From Candidatus Nanohaloarchaea archaeon (GTDB taxonomy: Archaea > Nanohalarchaeota > Nanosalinia > Nanosalinales > Nanosalinaceae): a stretch of DNA of 64,000 bases. The stretch covers positions 36,716-100,715 of the forward strand of contig JBDGRK010000005.1 of NCBI GenBank assembly GCA_042218075.1, written 5' to 3'. This document shows positions 11,501 to 19,874 of this stretch, in pieces (positions within the stretch are counted from its first letter, which is position 1; every line of letters starts with the position of its first letter). The notes under the pieces are model-generated. The model saw only the letters and a list, made by a program, of their open reading frames with translations, was not told where the DNA came from and ran no database searches. The position numbers and the translations under genes are program-made.

Positions 11501-11567
11501 CTACCAGGACCACAGCAGCGAGATGGCTGGCAAGTCCACACTCACAAAGACGACAGCAGCCCAGTAA
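8562..11567 (+). CDS. S-layer protein
   Basis: Signal peptide; YPQPFV...IVVG...DVVGA N-terminal and NLILVGGPAVN...LVVAG...TRAAA C-terminal S-layer motifs; very acidic; T-rich tract after the stop. Confidence 0.92.
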   Translation: MKSIKKLKNAGKAVAGSALLVGATLTGAAGFAAAQSGNSSSMTLGDYPQPFVDDNGEVDSTIVVGSQGKVSDVVGAINVAGSLGNSAFMEESVSVSVSGTGGRWSASNGVTLDTTNDDLFYGDSISTVRDTLTETDLPTLKEHTFTDDGGTEYDITQYVNVDNQGVQFGNSPDELNNEDPKVHIPVPTESDVDNNNYLINLQANIETLNFSDSQVQGEEIKLFGKTFTPTESDNSVGDNELVMYGSSQTLSLSTGNSTTVTVGGEEVTLGVESVDAGSDNAAIRVNGEVSSESTEDTINVNGEEIRVDELINTGATDNGEGIVNFEIGSEKLSFQDNSAIQDDNGDDIEGTYVTINGGTSYSVGDGVSSMTIYLGSQDDNDDALTSGETFSHSMFGDFEVDFGGLNPDAVNGSESVSEIEYGTSGGDTSTVDLTSSGEPASIGFAYDSDSEDGNTDSSDSSSTGQGKGQGNFDAELADSDGDNIVVDESAAVDEEQFISSDAGDFAHMWEVSNIDRDETSNMASDDEATIDLTDTVTGNSVEVELEAVDGGGDNDFKDGDTDHYAGTEIIDGQTYYFELEGESDTAIESGTQDGESSSQVADFRMAWGSGLSESDATDSGNTDLPSGSVKSLYTPVDTKSGSAVAVTEQVQVASDAFNDASNSSTQGEIYDQEIELPSTESTDAKNARVFVRETGDGEANTDSTLTLTVAGTNETVTADGSSVAQEFTVGQTVYTVDLDSVGSSGDNDGESFNIDVGVSSDQTDDGTGATRSAVRTNPAAITVLPEDDNDEEHSYVSEYSDRSGTDGLAVDAATYSGSNRDTQSLESDDQTTAGVDFYGTYTKHDSDEEGSYMLSIPNGQSTAGVAVTQSEGDLSASGGGGSGSAMTKKPTGWPDAAALDSEVSGSDRNQNLILVGGPAVNTLVAELANQNMTWSGDQYSQNQYLLDLTEGFDGDGGSKALVVAGYGKADTRAAASYLSNYQDHSSEMAGKSTLTKTTAAQ

Positions 11568-11656
11568 AACGGGCTCACATTTTCTTTCCTTTTCTATTTT
11601 CTATTCTCAAACTGATTCAAGACAGATTTTTATTGCAGCATTTCCTATTGACCGAC

Positions 11657-11989
11657 ATGAAAGATCTTGAATATATAGTAGAATTCAAATACAATCCGGA
11701 ACTCGATATAATCACGATCGATAAAGAAGGCAGAAGTCCGGAAGAATACGAAGAAAGCCTTCCAATGGGAGACTACATAGTCGATATAGATAACGAAGGC
11801 AACTTTCTGGGTCTCGAACTCCTGAACGCATCTCAGAATCTTCCATTCAATAAGGAGGAACTTGAGAAGATTGAAAAAGTAGAACTAAGTCTGAAGGAAA
11901 GAGGTGACGCCAGAACTATCGGAGTGGATATAGAGTATTCAGGTAGTAAAGGCAAATTCAGCCTGGGTTACGCGACAGCCAAGGCATAG
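11657..11989 (+). CDS. DUF2283-like protein
   Basis: YNPELDII...YIVDIDNEGNFLGLELLNAS pattern. Confidence 0.75.
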   Translation: MKDLEYIVEFKYNPELDIITIDKEGRSPEEYEESLPMGDYIVDIDNEGNFLGLELLNASQNLPFNKEELEKIEKVELSLKERGDARTIGVDIEYSGSKGKFSLGYATAKA

Positions 11990-12023
11990 ATTCTACCTTA
12001 AAATGTAGATTAAGAAAGATCTA

Positions 12024-12536
12024 TTAATTCTTCTTCGTCCACTTCCTCTCGACGTCAGAATTGTTAATGACTCGAGTGTCGCCGTTCACCAGCTCAAGCC
12101 TCGACTTTCTCAGGTCAATTTCCTTCACCTCTCCACTGAACGAGTCCACTTCCACCTCATCACCGACCTCGAAGTCAGGATCCCTTGCAAGATAAACTCC
12201 AGCTACGGTGTCAGAGAGTATATCCTTGAGAGCGTAAGCTACACCTAGAGCCACGAATCCTGAAGCGGTACCGAGGCTTGAGGCGATGCCGGAGAAGCCC
12301 AGCATGCTCAGTGTTATAAGTGCGACGAAGAACCACATGAAATACTTGGAAAGGTTGGAAAGCAGTCCAGATACCGCCTCCGAGCCAAACTTCCTGAAAG
12401 CTATCTTCCTCACCAGGCCTGAAGCGAACCGGATAACAACATAGGATGCAGCGATAAACAGAACCGCGAGAACCAGGTTGTATATCAGGGCGGTCGAGGT
12501 TATACTCCGAACAGAGTGCACTATACTGTGGCTCAT
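12024..12536 (-). CDS. mscS: Small-conductance mechanosensitive channel family protein (short)
   Basis: Three TM helices, GVAYALKDILSDTVAG, FEVGDEVEV...GEVKEIDLR. Confidence 0.85.
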   Translation of the reverse strand: MSHSIVHSVRSITSTALIYNLVLAVLFIAASYVVIRFASGLVRKIAFRKFGSEAVSGLLSNLSKYFMWFFVALITLSMLGFSGIASSLGTASGFVALGVAYALKDILSDTVAGVYLARDPDFEVGDEVEVDSFSGEVKEIDLRKSRLELVNGDTRVINNSDVERKWTKKN

Positions 12537-13936
12537 GACTGGTAGTTTGTGAGAGACTGTTCAAACTCTTCTGCACTTCTCCTGTGCTTTTCCAGTGTCT
12601 CATCATCCATCCGATCGAGGTGAGAGGTCATGAATCCCATCCTGGGTATGTCCTCTATCTTCTCTCTGTTTCTCTCCAGAAAGCTCCAGTACAGACCATC
12701 CATGTATTCCTCCCATTCTCCTCCCTCGTAGTTGCTCATCTTCCTGATGTAGTTGCTTGAAGCAATATAGGGCTTCGTCATCATTTCCGACCACGAATAC
12801 TGGCTCATGCCGTAGATGTTAGGCACCATCACCCACTCGTAAGCATCCACGAACATCTCCATGAACCATCTGTAAACCTCATCCGGATCGATCTCCAGTA
12901 TGAGCATCACGTTGCCAAGCACCATCAGGCGCTCGATGTGGTGGCAGTAAGCGTTTTCCTTTGCATTCCGGATTGATACATCCAGAGGATCTACACCTGT
13001 CTCAGCCGAGTAAAACTCCTCCGGAATCGATCTCTGATTGTCCCAGAAGTTTTTCTGTCTCATCCCGGGCTCCATCTCATACACAGCTCTCACATACTCC
13101 CTCCATCCGATAACCTGGCGGATAAAGCCCTCCAGCGAATTCATCGGGTAGTCCCTGCTTTCATGCCAACTCAGGGTTTCCTCAACAACTTCTCCCGGAG
13201 TCAACAATCCGGTATTCAGGGATGGGGAAAGAAGGGAGTGGTAGCCGAACTTCAGCTCCCGATCCAGCGCGTCCTGGTACTTTCCGAACTCCTCCAGTCG
13301 ATTCTCCAGGAAATCCTCAAGGTTCTCTCTCGCCTGTTCATGAGTCACAGGGTAGAAGAAGTTATCCACGCTTCCCGGGTTCTCAGGAAAGTTATCCTCC
13401 ACGTACTCTCTAGCCCCCTCGACATACTCAGAGCTGAACTCGGGTATCTCCGGCGTCTGGTGATCTTCAGGCATCTTCTCACGGTTCTCCGGGTCGAAGC
13501 TCCATTTGCCTCCTTCCGGTTTCCCCTCTTCATCCACCAGAACATCCAGACGCTTCCTCTGGCTGCGGTAGAAATCCCTGTGGTAGTAACTCTCGATAAG
13601 CTCCCGGTTCTGCTCCATCGTGTTCAGGAACTTTGGAGTCTCAATCATCTCGAACTCCACGGTCGCATCACGGAGATCTTCTCTAAGCTCTCTATCCACG
13701 GGATTGAAAATTTTGACTTTTTCATCTATATCTTCCCTCCAGTCCTTCCCCATTTCAAGGTACTCCACGTTATCAAGCCTGTCCTGGAAGGCCTTCATGG
13801 AGGCGCGGTGCAGCACCAGCTTCTTCTTGTTATAATTGAATTCGGAGAAGAATTTCTGATGTTCTACCAGGTAGACCTTCTCATCAGAACCGACAACCTT
13901 CTCGAACAGCTGGTCAGGGAACAGCAGGTAAGCCAT
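12533..13936 (-). CDS. Cryptochrome/photolyase-related protein (PhrB/FeS-BCP-like, no FeS Cys set)
   Basis: PEGGKWSFDPENR, HSLLSPSLNTGLL, EGFIRQVIGWREY, HHIERLM, KPYIASSNYI. Confidence 0.92.
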   Translation of the reverse strand: MAYLLFPDQLFEKVVGSDEKVYLVEHQKFFSEFNYNKKKLVLHRASMKAFQDRLDNVEYLEMGKDWREDIDEKVKIFNPVDRELREDLRDATVEFEMIETPKFLNTMEQNRELIESYYHRDFYRSQRKRLDVLVDEEGKPEGGKWSFDPENREKMPEDHQTPEIPEFSSEYVEGAREYVEDNFPENPGSVDNFFYPVTHEQARENLEDFLENRLEEFGKYQDALDRELKFGYHSLLSPSLNTGLLTPGEVVEETLSWHESRDYPMNSLEGFIRQVIGWREYVRAVYEMEPGMRQKNFWDNQRSIPEEFYSAETGVDPLDVSIRNAKENAYCHHIERLMVLGNVMLILEIDPDEVYRWFMEMFVDAYEWVMVPNIYGMSQYSWSEMMTKPYIASSNYIRKMSNYEGGEWEEYMDGLYWSFLERNREKIEDIPRMGFMTSHLDRMDDETLEKHRRSAEEFEQSLTNYQS

Positions 13937-13961
13937 GAGTAAATAAATTTTTCTGCAGCCT

Positions 13962-14171
13962 TTACTCTCTTTTCACAGCTACCATTCTAACCTTTTCACC
14001 CAGGATCTCTCTGGCGTAAGTCTCCACCCTGTCTTCCTTCTCCAGAGCGTTCAGAAGCCTGTGGACGCTGGCCGGATGGTACTCCAGCTCCCTCGCAAGA
14101 GTTTCAACAGAAGGTTTCTCTCCCTCCTCTATCATCTGTCTGGATCTCTCGAGTATCTCCTCTTTCCTCAT
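13962..14171 (-). CDS. Small winged-HTH protein
   Basis: PSVETLARELEYHPASVHRLLNALEKED. Confidence 0.75.
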   Translation of the reverse strand: MRKEEILERSRQMIEEGEKPSVETLARELEYHPASVHRLLNALEKEDRVETYAREILGEKVRMVAVKRE

Positions 14172-14209
14172 ATCGATATTTTAATAGCTCCGACAGATAA
14201 AGTTTCAGC

Positions 14210-14386
14210 ATGGAAGAGATGGATTTCCTGGATGATCTTGAGGAAGAGGTCGATTCGCTGGAGTCAGAGTTTGAAGAAGAGGAATCGAACACCTCGAGGG
14301 AGAAACACAGGCAGGTGGAAGAACTGCTGCGGGAGATACACGGCCAGATAGACACCCTGAGGGATCTGGCGGAGAAAAAGGATTAA
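14210..14386 (+). CDS. Small acidic coiled-coil protein (58 aa, absent from the ORF track)
   Basis: Manual translation MEEMDFLDDLEEEVDSLESEFEEEESNTSREKHRQVEELLREIHGQIDTLRDLAEKKD; fills the gap before hsp20. Confidence 0.65.
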   Translation: MEEMDFLDDLEEEVDSLESEFEEEESNTSREKHRQVEELLREIHGQIDTLRDLAEKKD

Positions 14387-14413
14387 AAAGTTTTGTTGAC
14401 GTAATTAAAACAG

Positions 14414-14830
14414 GTGGTAGTTGTGAGAAGGCTTGAAAGGCGTGACTTTGACGACGTTTTCGACCAGATGCAAAAAATGTTCAACCAGTTCCAGGACTTC
14501 ACCGATCTCAACGCGGGCATGCCGGTCAACGTCAAGGAGGAGGACGGCGAGATAGTGATGCAGGCGGACATGCCGGGGGTCCAGAAAGAAGATATCAATC
14601 TCAAAGCAGATGAAGACGGTATCGAGATATCAGCAGAGTCCAGCGAAGAGTACCAGGAAGAGAACGAGAAATACTTCAGGAGAGAGACTTCCTCGAGGCA
14701 TTACAGGAGAAGGATTCCCTGGCCGACAGAAGTGGACCAGGAATCGATAACTGCAAAGCACGAGGACGGAGTGCTCACCATCGAGGCCAAGAAAGAGGAA
14801 GGTGACGACTGGAACGTCGAGATAGAGTGA
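14414..14830 (+). CDS. hsp20: Hsp20/alpha-crystallin small heat-shock protein
   Basis: ADMPGVQKEDI...ITAKHEDGVLTI, C-terminal VEIE. Confidence 0.93.
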   Translation: MVVVRRLERRDFDDVFDQMQKMFNQFQDFTDLNAGMPVNVKEEDGEIVMQADMPGVQKEDINLKADEDGIEISAESSEEYQEENEKYFRRETSSRHYRRRIPWPTEVDQESITAKHEDGVLTIEAKKEEGDDWNVEIE

Positions 14831-15841
14831 TCAGGAAACCCTCAGAACTATATCTTTTCCTTCATCTACAGTCACATTTACGCCGAATTCTCCCAATACC
14901 TCCATATTTGTCTGCACGTGCCGGGTTAACTCAGGAACGGAGATTTCTCCACCAACCACTGCCATGAAAACCAGTAACTGGTCAGCCATATAGCTGTCTA
15001 CGGCAGCTTCTCCAGATTGGAAATTCCTGAAGCCTTCGACCGCCTTTTTTGCAACCTCCTCACTCCTCTTGCCTTTCTCTCCTAAAGAATCAAAGCCTGC
15101 GATAGAACTCTCGTACACAGCCTTCAGGAGCAGCGAAGAACCCGTGGAATCCGTCCGCTCGTATTCGACCTGCTTTTCGATCGGGACGGAGATATGAGAG
15201 TTCTTCAGCCTCCTAGCGGCCTCGTCGGCCTGTCTATCCGCTACATCCTGATCCACAAGCTCTTCCGAGGCCTTCGAGTAGATCTCGAATCTCTCCAGAT
15301 CTCCCCTCTGTCTGATCTCAACCGGTTCAAGAGAATGTGGTCGGGTTCTCAGCTCAACTTCACCTCCTCCCTCCGGGTAGTAACCTGTCTTTTCAAGCTC
15401 CAGGTCTCCCCTGAAACCAATTTTTCGCAGAAGAGGCAGCTTCACGTGCTTCAGATAGTTGAAACTGGGAGACCATTTCACATCTGTCCCTCCTTTAACT
15501 TTAAGCCTGAAACCTGAATCGAACTGAGAGCTGATCGGCAAAACTGTATCCAGTAGCAGGGTCACGCTGCCCGCAGTACCGATGTTAGCGGTAAAAGACT
15601 GATTCCTGAGCTGCAGCGGCCTGAAAACAATTTCTTTCGACCCCATCTCCGCTCCCTCGACCTCTGCAGATGTCAGCCTCTTCACCGCCTCAACGCATTC
15701 CAGGTGCTGCCTCTTCAGCCCGGGATTCGATCTGTTGGCCCTGATATTCTCCATCCTGAAATCTTCGCCCCTTACAGCAGAAAGAGTCAGCGCGGTCCTC
15801 AGCATCTGGCCGCCTCCCCTCGATCCATCAATCTCTATCAT
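14831..15841 (-). CDS. rtcA: RNA 3'-terminal phosphate cyclase
   Basis: IDGSRGGGQMLRTAL, IRANRSNPGLKRQH, GYYPEGGG, ADQL, HVQTN. Confidence 0.95.
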   Translation of the reverse strand: MIEIDGSRGGGQMLRTALTLSAVRGEDFRMENIRANRSNPGLKRQHLECVEAVKRLTSAEVEGAEMGSKEIVFRPLQLRNQSFTANIGTAGSVTLLLDTVLPISSQFDSGFRLKVKGGTDVKWSPSFNYLKHVKLPLLRKIGFRGDLELEKTGYYPEGGGEVELRTRPHSLEPVEIRQRGDLERFEIYSKASEELVDQDVADRQADEAARRLKNSHISVPIEKQVEYERTDSTGSSLLLKAVYESSIAGFDSLGEKGKRSEEVAKKAVEGFRNFQSGEAAVDSYMADQLLVFMAVVGGEISVPELTRHVQTNMEVLGEFGVNVTVDEGKDIVLRVS

Positions 15842-15873
15842 GATTTAAAGGTTTACGCGGAGAGTTAAGTATT

Positions 15874-16392
15874 ATGGAGGCCTTCGAACAGTCAAGAGAG
15901 CAACTCGAAGAATTCCTTGGTTTCATGGAGGAAGATATTGAAAACGTGAGAAGAGTGATCGAGTTCTGCGATAGGGAAGATATCGATGCTGATTTCATCA
16001 TCCACGGCAAGGCCGAGACAGTCGAGCAGTCTTCCGAAGTCAAGGATATAGAAGAGTCAAGGATTGTGAAAACCCTGGTATTCAGGTGTGGAGAGGAGTT
16101 CGTCGCGGTTCTGTGTCCTGGAGATGAAAGAGTCGATGAAGAAAAGCTGGAGGAAGTGACAGGTAAGGAAGTCAGGATGGCTAACCCTGAAGAGGTTGAG
16201 GAAGCTACAGGTTACGTAATAGGAGGAGTATCTCCCTTCGACCTGGACATACAGGTTCTGATGGAGGAAAAATTACTGGAAAGAGACAGGGTAAACCCGG
16301 CGGCGGGTTCAAGAGTGGTTGGAGCCGAGGTCGATCCTGAAGAGTTGATAAAGAGATTAAAAGCAGAAAAAGTTGAAGTAGTCGGAAAATGA
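15874..16392 (+). CDS. YbaK/EbsC/ProX aminoacyl-tRNA deacylase family protein
   Basis: IVKTLVF, ATGYVIGGVSPF, AAGS. Confidence 0.9.
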   Translation: MEAFEQSREQLEEFLGFMEEDIENVRRVIEFCDREDIDADFIIHGKAETVEQSSEVKDIEESRIVKTLVFRCGEEFVAVLCPGDERVDEEKLEEVTGKEVRMANPEEVEEATGYVIGGVSPFDLDIQVLMEEKLLERDRVNPAAGSRVVGAEVDPEELIKRLKAEKVEVVGK

Positions 16393-17021
16393 ATCAAGTA
16401 GAGCAGAGAAATGTAGACGACCTTGCGAAAAAACTCAGGAATAAAGCGGCCCTCTACTGCGATCTTTTCAAGATAGCCTACGGTCTTGAAGAAGATCCTG
16501 AGTTGATAAATGCCTATGTTGAGAAAGGCTGGGATTACGAGGTTTTGAAGCCAAGAATCGAGAATCTACTGGAAGAAACTGAAGATATTCTACCGGAGAC
16601 GAGAAATAATTATAGTAACAGAGAAGAGGAGCTTTACAGATTTTTCAGAAGGAAGGGAAAACCTAGATTTTCTAAAGAGTGTAAAAACTGGAGAAAACAT
16701 CATTCCGAAGCAGAGTTAGTGGATAACCAGAGAGATTCGGATACTCTTGATTACGGGCCTTTAATCAGGGCCCGGGCAACAGTAATCACCTTCGCTATGG
16801 AAGCTGCAAAATGGGATGAAGATCACTATGAATGGATACCTGATATAGAAGAGGATGATGACACTGAAATTATTGAGGAAACCGTTGACACGATTGATGG
16901 AGAAGTAGAACCTGCAACAGTTGCATCGCATCGATCAGAATCCCTCCCGCAAGAAAGTTCTGCAGCTTACATATTTCCGGGAATTGACCAGAACATAATT
17001 CTGGAACCGGAAAAGGATTAG
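16389..17021 (+). CDS. Hypothetical protein
   Basis: 210 aa acidic ORF with ATGA overlap to the ybaK-family gene. Confidence 0.65.
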   Translation: MNQVEQRNVDDLAKKLRNKAALYCDLFKIAYGLEEDPELINAYVEKGWDYEVLKPRIENLLEETEDILPETRNNYSNREEELYRFFRRKGKPRFSKECKNWRKHHSEAELVDNQRDSDTLDYGPLIRARATVITFAMEAAKWDEDHYEWIPDIEEDDDTEIIEETVDTIDGEVEPATVASHRSESLPQESSAAYIFPGIDQNIILEPEKD

Positions 17022-17060
17022 AGATTTAAGTTTAAGTTATCCAAGTTTAAATGATCACCA

Positions 17061-17181
17061 ATGAAAGGTGGACGTTTTTACACCGGAGCATTTTGAAAAT
17101 GACTTAAAACCTTCTAGCTTTAGCTCCAGCTTATTAAGTTCCCGCCCCGAATCTCTCTGCATGGTGGTTCTGAATGGATAG
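17061..17181 (+). promoter_or_regulatory. Putative Tyr-sensing frameshift leader of tyrS
   Basis: uORF 17061-17096 ATG AAA GGT GGA CGT TTT TAC ACC GGA GCA TTT TGA; +1 frame open to TAG 17179-17181, overlapping the tyrS ATG by 8 nt. Confidence 0.75.
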
Positions 17182-18196
17182 AGAGAACAGGAAAGAGTTT
17201 GTCCTCAGGAATACTGCAGAGTTTGTGAAGGAGGAGGAACTGGATGAGGTGCTGGATAAAGATGAACCCCGCGCCTACGTTGGATACGAGACTTCTGGGC
17301 CCGCCCACCTGGGACACTGGATCTCGGTGAGAAAGATGCTGGACCTTCAGAAGGCTGGCTTTCAGCCTGTTATACTCTGGGCGGATCTCCACACATACCT
17401 GAACAAGAAAGGGGAGGAGGAATGGATCGAGGATATGATGGAGTACTGGCAGGCCACCTTCGAGGCACTGGGACTTGAGGCAGAATACACTAAAGGAAGG
17501 AGTTTCGAGGAAAAAACAGAGTATTTCCACGACGTACTGGAGATGGCGAAAGAGACCACGATTAACAGGGGGACTCGATCAATGTCGGAAGTTGCAAGAG
17601 ACGATGAAAACCCTTACATCTCCCAGATAATTTACCCTCTGATGCAGTGCCTGGACATAGAATATCTCGACCTTGACCTGGCGGTCGCGGGCATCGACCA
17701 GAGAAAGATTCACATGCTGGCGAGAGAGAAACTCCCAAAGCTCGGCTACAGGAAGCCTACCTGCCTCCACTGGCCGATGCTGGCTTCACTTTCAGGAACG
17801 GGAGACAAGATGTCGTCCAGCAAGAAAGATACAATGTTCCCTCTGCACGCCGACCCCGATCACATTAGAGAAATTATAGAGGAAGGCTACTGTCCGCAGG
17901 GAGAGGTTGAGGACAATCCTATCATCGAGATAGCAAAGTACTTCATCTTCGGAGCTGATCGAGAGCTAAAGATAGAGAGAAAGGAGGAGTACGGTGGAGA
18001 CATTCACTACGAGGATTTCGAGGCTATGGCTGAAGACTTCGAATCCGGAGATCTACACCCTCTAGACCTGAAGGAAGCTGTAGCTGACGAAGTGGTGGAA
18101 AGGTTTGAGCCGGTGAGGCAGCGATTCAGAGAAGAGCCTGAGCTGCTTGATCCACTGGAAGAGATAGGTCACGAGAGACCCGGATATCTCCAGTGA
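17174..18196 (+). CDS. tyrS: Tyrosine--tRNA ligase (archaeal type)
   Basis: YVGYETSGPAHLGH (HIGH), IYPLMQCLD, GIDQRKIHMLARE, KMSSS. Confidence 0.97.
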   Translation: MDRENRKEFVLRNTAEFVKEEELDEVLDKDEPRAYVGYETSGPAHLGHWISVRKMLDLQKAGFQPVILWADLHTYLNKKGEEEWIEDMMEYWQATFEALGLEAEYTKGRSFEEKTEYFHDVLEMAKETTINRGTRSMSEVARDDENPYISQIIYPLMQCLDIEYLDLDLAVAGIDQRKIHMLAREKLPKLGYRKPTCLHWPMLASLSGTGDKMSSSKKDTMFPLHADPDHIREIIEEGYCPQGEVEDNPIIEIAKYFIFGADRELKIERKEEYGGDIHYEDFEAMAEDFESGDLHPLDLKEAVADEVVERFEPVRQRFREEPELLDPLEEIGHERPGYLQ

Positions 18197-18243
18197 TCAC
18201 CCATTATTTTTATTTCTTCCAGAGAAAGCTAGAACGATCCGCA

Positions 18244-18337
18244 ATGAAGGGTGGACGCTTTTCCGGTCGGAAGGTTTTCGAATGAACCAAAACCTGTTCT
18301 AGTTAAAGCTTTCTTCCAAAGTGGTTGGTATGCTTGA
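18244..18337 (+). promoter_or_regulatory. Putative Ser-sensing frameshift leader of serS
   Basis: uORF 18244-18285 ATG AAG GGT GGA CGC TTT TCC ... TGA; +1 frame open to TGA 18335-18337, overlapping the serS ATG by 8 nt. Confidence 0.75.
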
Positions 18338-19595
18338 TATAGATCTTTTCAGGCAGAATCCCGAGGAGATCAGAGAATCACAGAGAAAAAGAGGTGAAGA
18401 TCCTGAAAAAGTAGATGAAGTTGTCGAAGTGGATAGAGAATGGAGAGAGAAGCTCCAGGAGCTGGAATCTCTGCAGCAGGAGAGAAATACTGTTGGAGAT
18501 GAAATTGCTGAAGCAAAACAGAAAGGGAAAGACGCCTCTGAAAAGATCGAAAGGATGCAGCAGCTGAAACAAAAGATAGATGAACTGGAGGATGAGGTAA
18601 AGCAGCTTAAGGAAAGACGTGACAACTTGAGATACCAGATTGGAAACTTGCTGCATGAATCAGTTCCCGAAGGAGAAGGAGAGGAAGACAATCCTGAAGT
18701 CAGGAGCTGGGAGCCTGAAGGAGGAAGAAAGGAGGATTCGAAGCTGGCAGCCCACATTATGGAAGAGCAGAATTTGCTTTCCTCGGAGAAAGCGACTGAG
18801 GTGGGCGGAGAAAGAGCCTATTACCTATCACCAAAACTGATACAGCTTAGTCAGGCACTGATAAACTTCTCTATAGATTTCCTAGAGGAAAGAGGTTTCG
18901 GTGTATACCAGACTCCCTACATGCTGGAGGAAGAATCGATCTCAGCCGCAGTCGATCTTGAAACATTCGAAGAACAGCTTTACCAGGTGAATGAAAACGA
19001 TCGATACCTGATAGGGACCGCGGAGCACGCACTCGCCGCAAAGTACCAGAACGAAGTGATAGAAGAAGAACTTCCCCTCAAACTCGGAGGTTTCTCAACC
19101 AACTTCAGGAGGGAAGCCGGGAAGCACGGCCAGCAGACAAGAGGTCTATGGCGAGTACACCAGTTCGAGAAGGTGGAGCAGTTCGTGTTCTGCAAGCCAG
19201 AAAACCACCTTGATATTCTTGAAGAGACTCTATCCAATGCCGAGGATATAATGAAGCAGCTTGGTCTGCCGTACAGGGTGGTTGATATTTGTGACGGCGA
19301 TATTTCCAACAAGACTTTCAAACAGTACGATATAGAGGTCTGGAGGCCTCCACTTGGAGAGTACGGAGAAGTAGGAAGCTACGGTTCGTGCACAGGCTAC
19401 CAGTCCAGGGAATTTAACACACAGTTCAGAGAGGGAGGCAACAGAAAGACACCCTACACTGTATATGCCACTGGATTAGTACCTCAGAGGATTATTACAG
19501 CTATATTCGAGAACAATCAGGAAGAGGAAGGCATAAAGATTCCAGAACCTCTAAGAGATTACATGGGAGGCAAGGAGTACATCAGGCTGGAATAA
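18330..19595 (+). CDS. serS: Serine--tRNA ligase
   Basis: MLDIDLFR N-terminal coiled coil, LIGTAE, FRREAG...RGLWRVHQFEKVEQF. Confidence 0.97.
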   Translation: MLDIDLFRQNPEEIRESQRKRGEDPEKVDEVVEVDREWREKLQELESLQQERNTVGDEIAEAKQKGKDASEKIERMQQLKQKIDELEDEVKQLKERRDNLRYQIGNLLHESVPEGEGEEDNPEVRSWEPEGGRKEDSKLAAHIMEEQNLLSSEKATEVGGERAYYLSPKLIQLSQALINFSIDFLEERGFGVYQTPYMLEEESISAAVDLETFEEQLYQVNENDRYLIGTAEHALAAKYQNEVIEEELPLKLGGFSTNFRREAGKHGQQTRGLWRVHQFEKVEQFVFCKPENHLDILEETLSNAEDIMKQLGLPYRVVDICDGDISNKTFKQYDIEVWRPPLGEYGEVGSYGSCTGYQSREFNTQFREGGNRKTPYTVYATGLVPQRIITAIFENNQEEEGIKIPEPLRDYMGGKEYIRLE

Positions 19596-19649
19596 TCCAA
19601 AGATCTTTTGAGTGAGGAAGCAGAATTAACTAGCGAGGTGAACTCTTTG

Positions 19650-19859
19650 ATGGGTGTAATGGATGCTCTTTCAGAGCTGGTTGAGAGCGTAGTGGCTTTC
19701 GTAGTGATGATTCTGCTTGGAGTTGTCTCCTTCTTCGTGACAGTATTCGTCGTGGATGCAGGAGCAGCACTGGCAGGTTATTCTCCAAGCGCCGACTTTA
19801 CAGTGCTCTCGGCCTCTCTAATAGTGGTTGCGTCGATCCTCGCAGGATCGATGCGGTAA
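19650..19859 (+). CDS. Small two-TM membrane protein
   Basis: Two hydrophobic helices; start codon uncertain (19608, 19650 or 19659). Confidence 0.65.
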   Translation: MGVMDALSELVESVVAFVVMILLGVVSFFVTVFVVDAGAALAGYSPSADFTVLSASLIVVASILAGSMR

Positions 19860-19874
19860 ATTTCTCCTTTCTTT

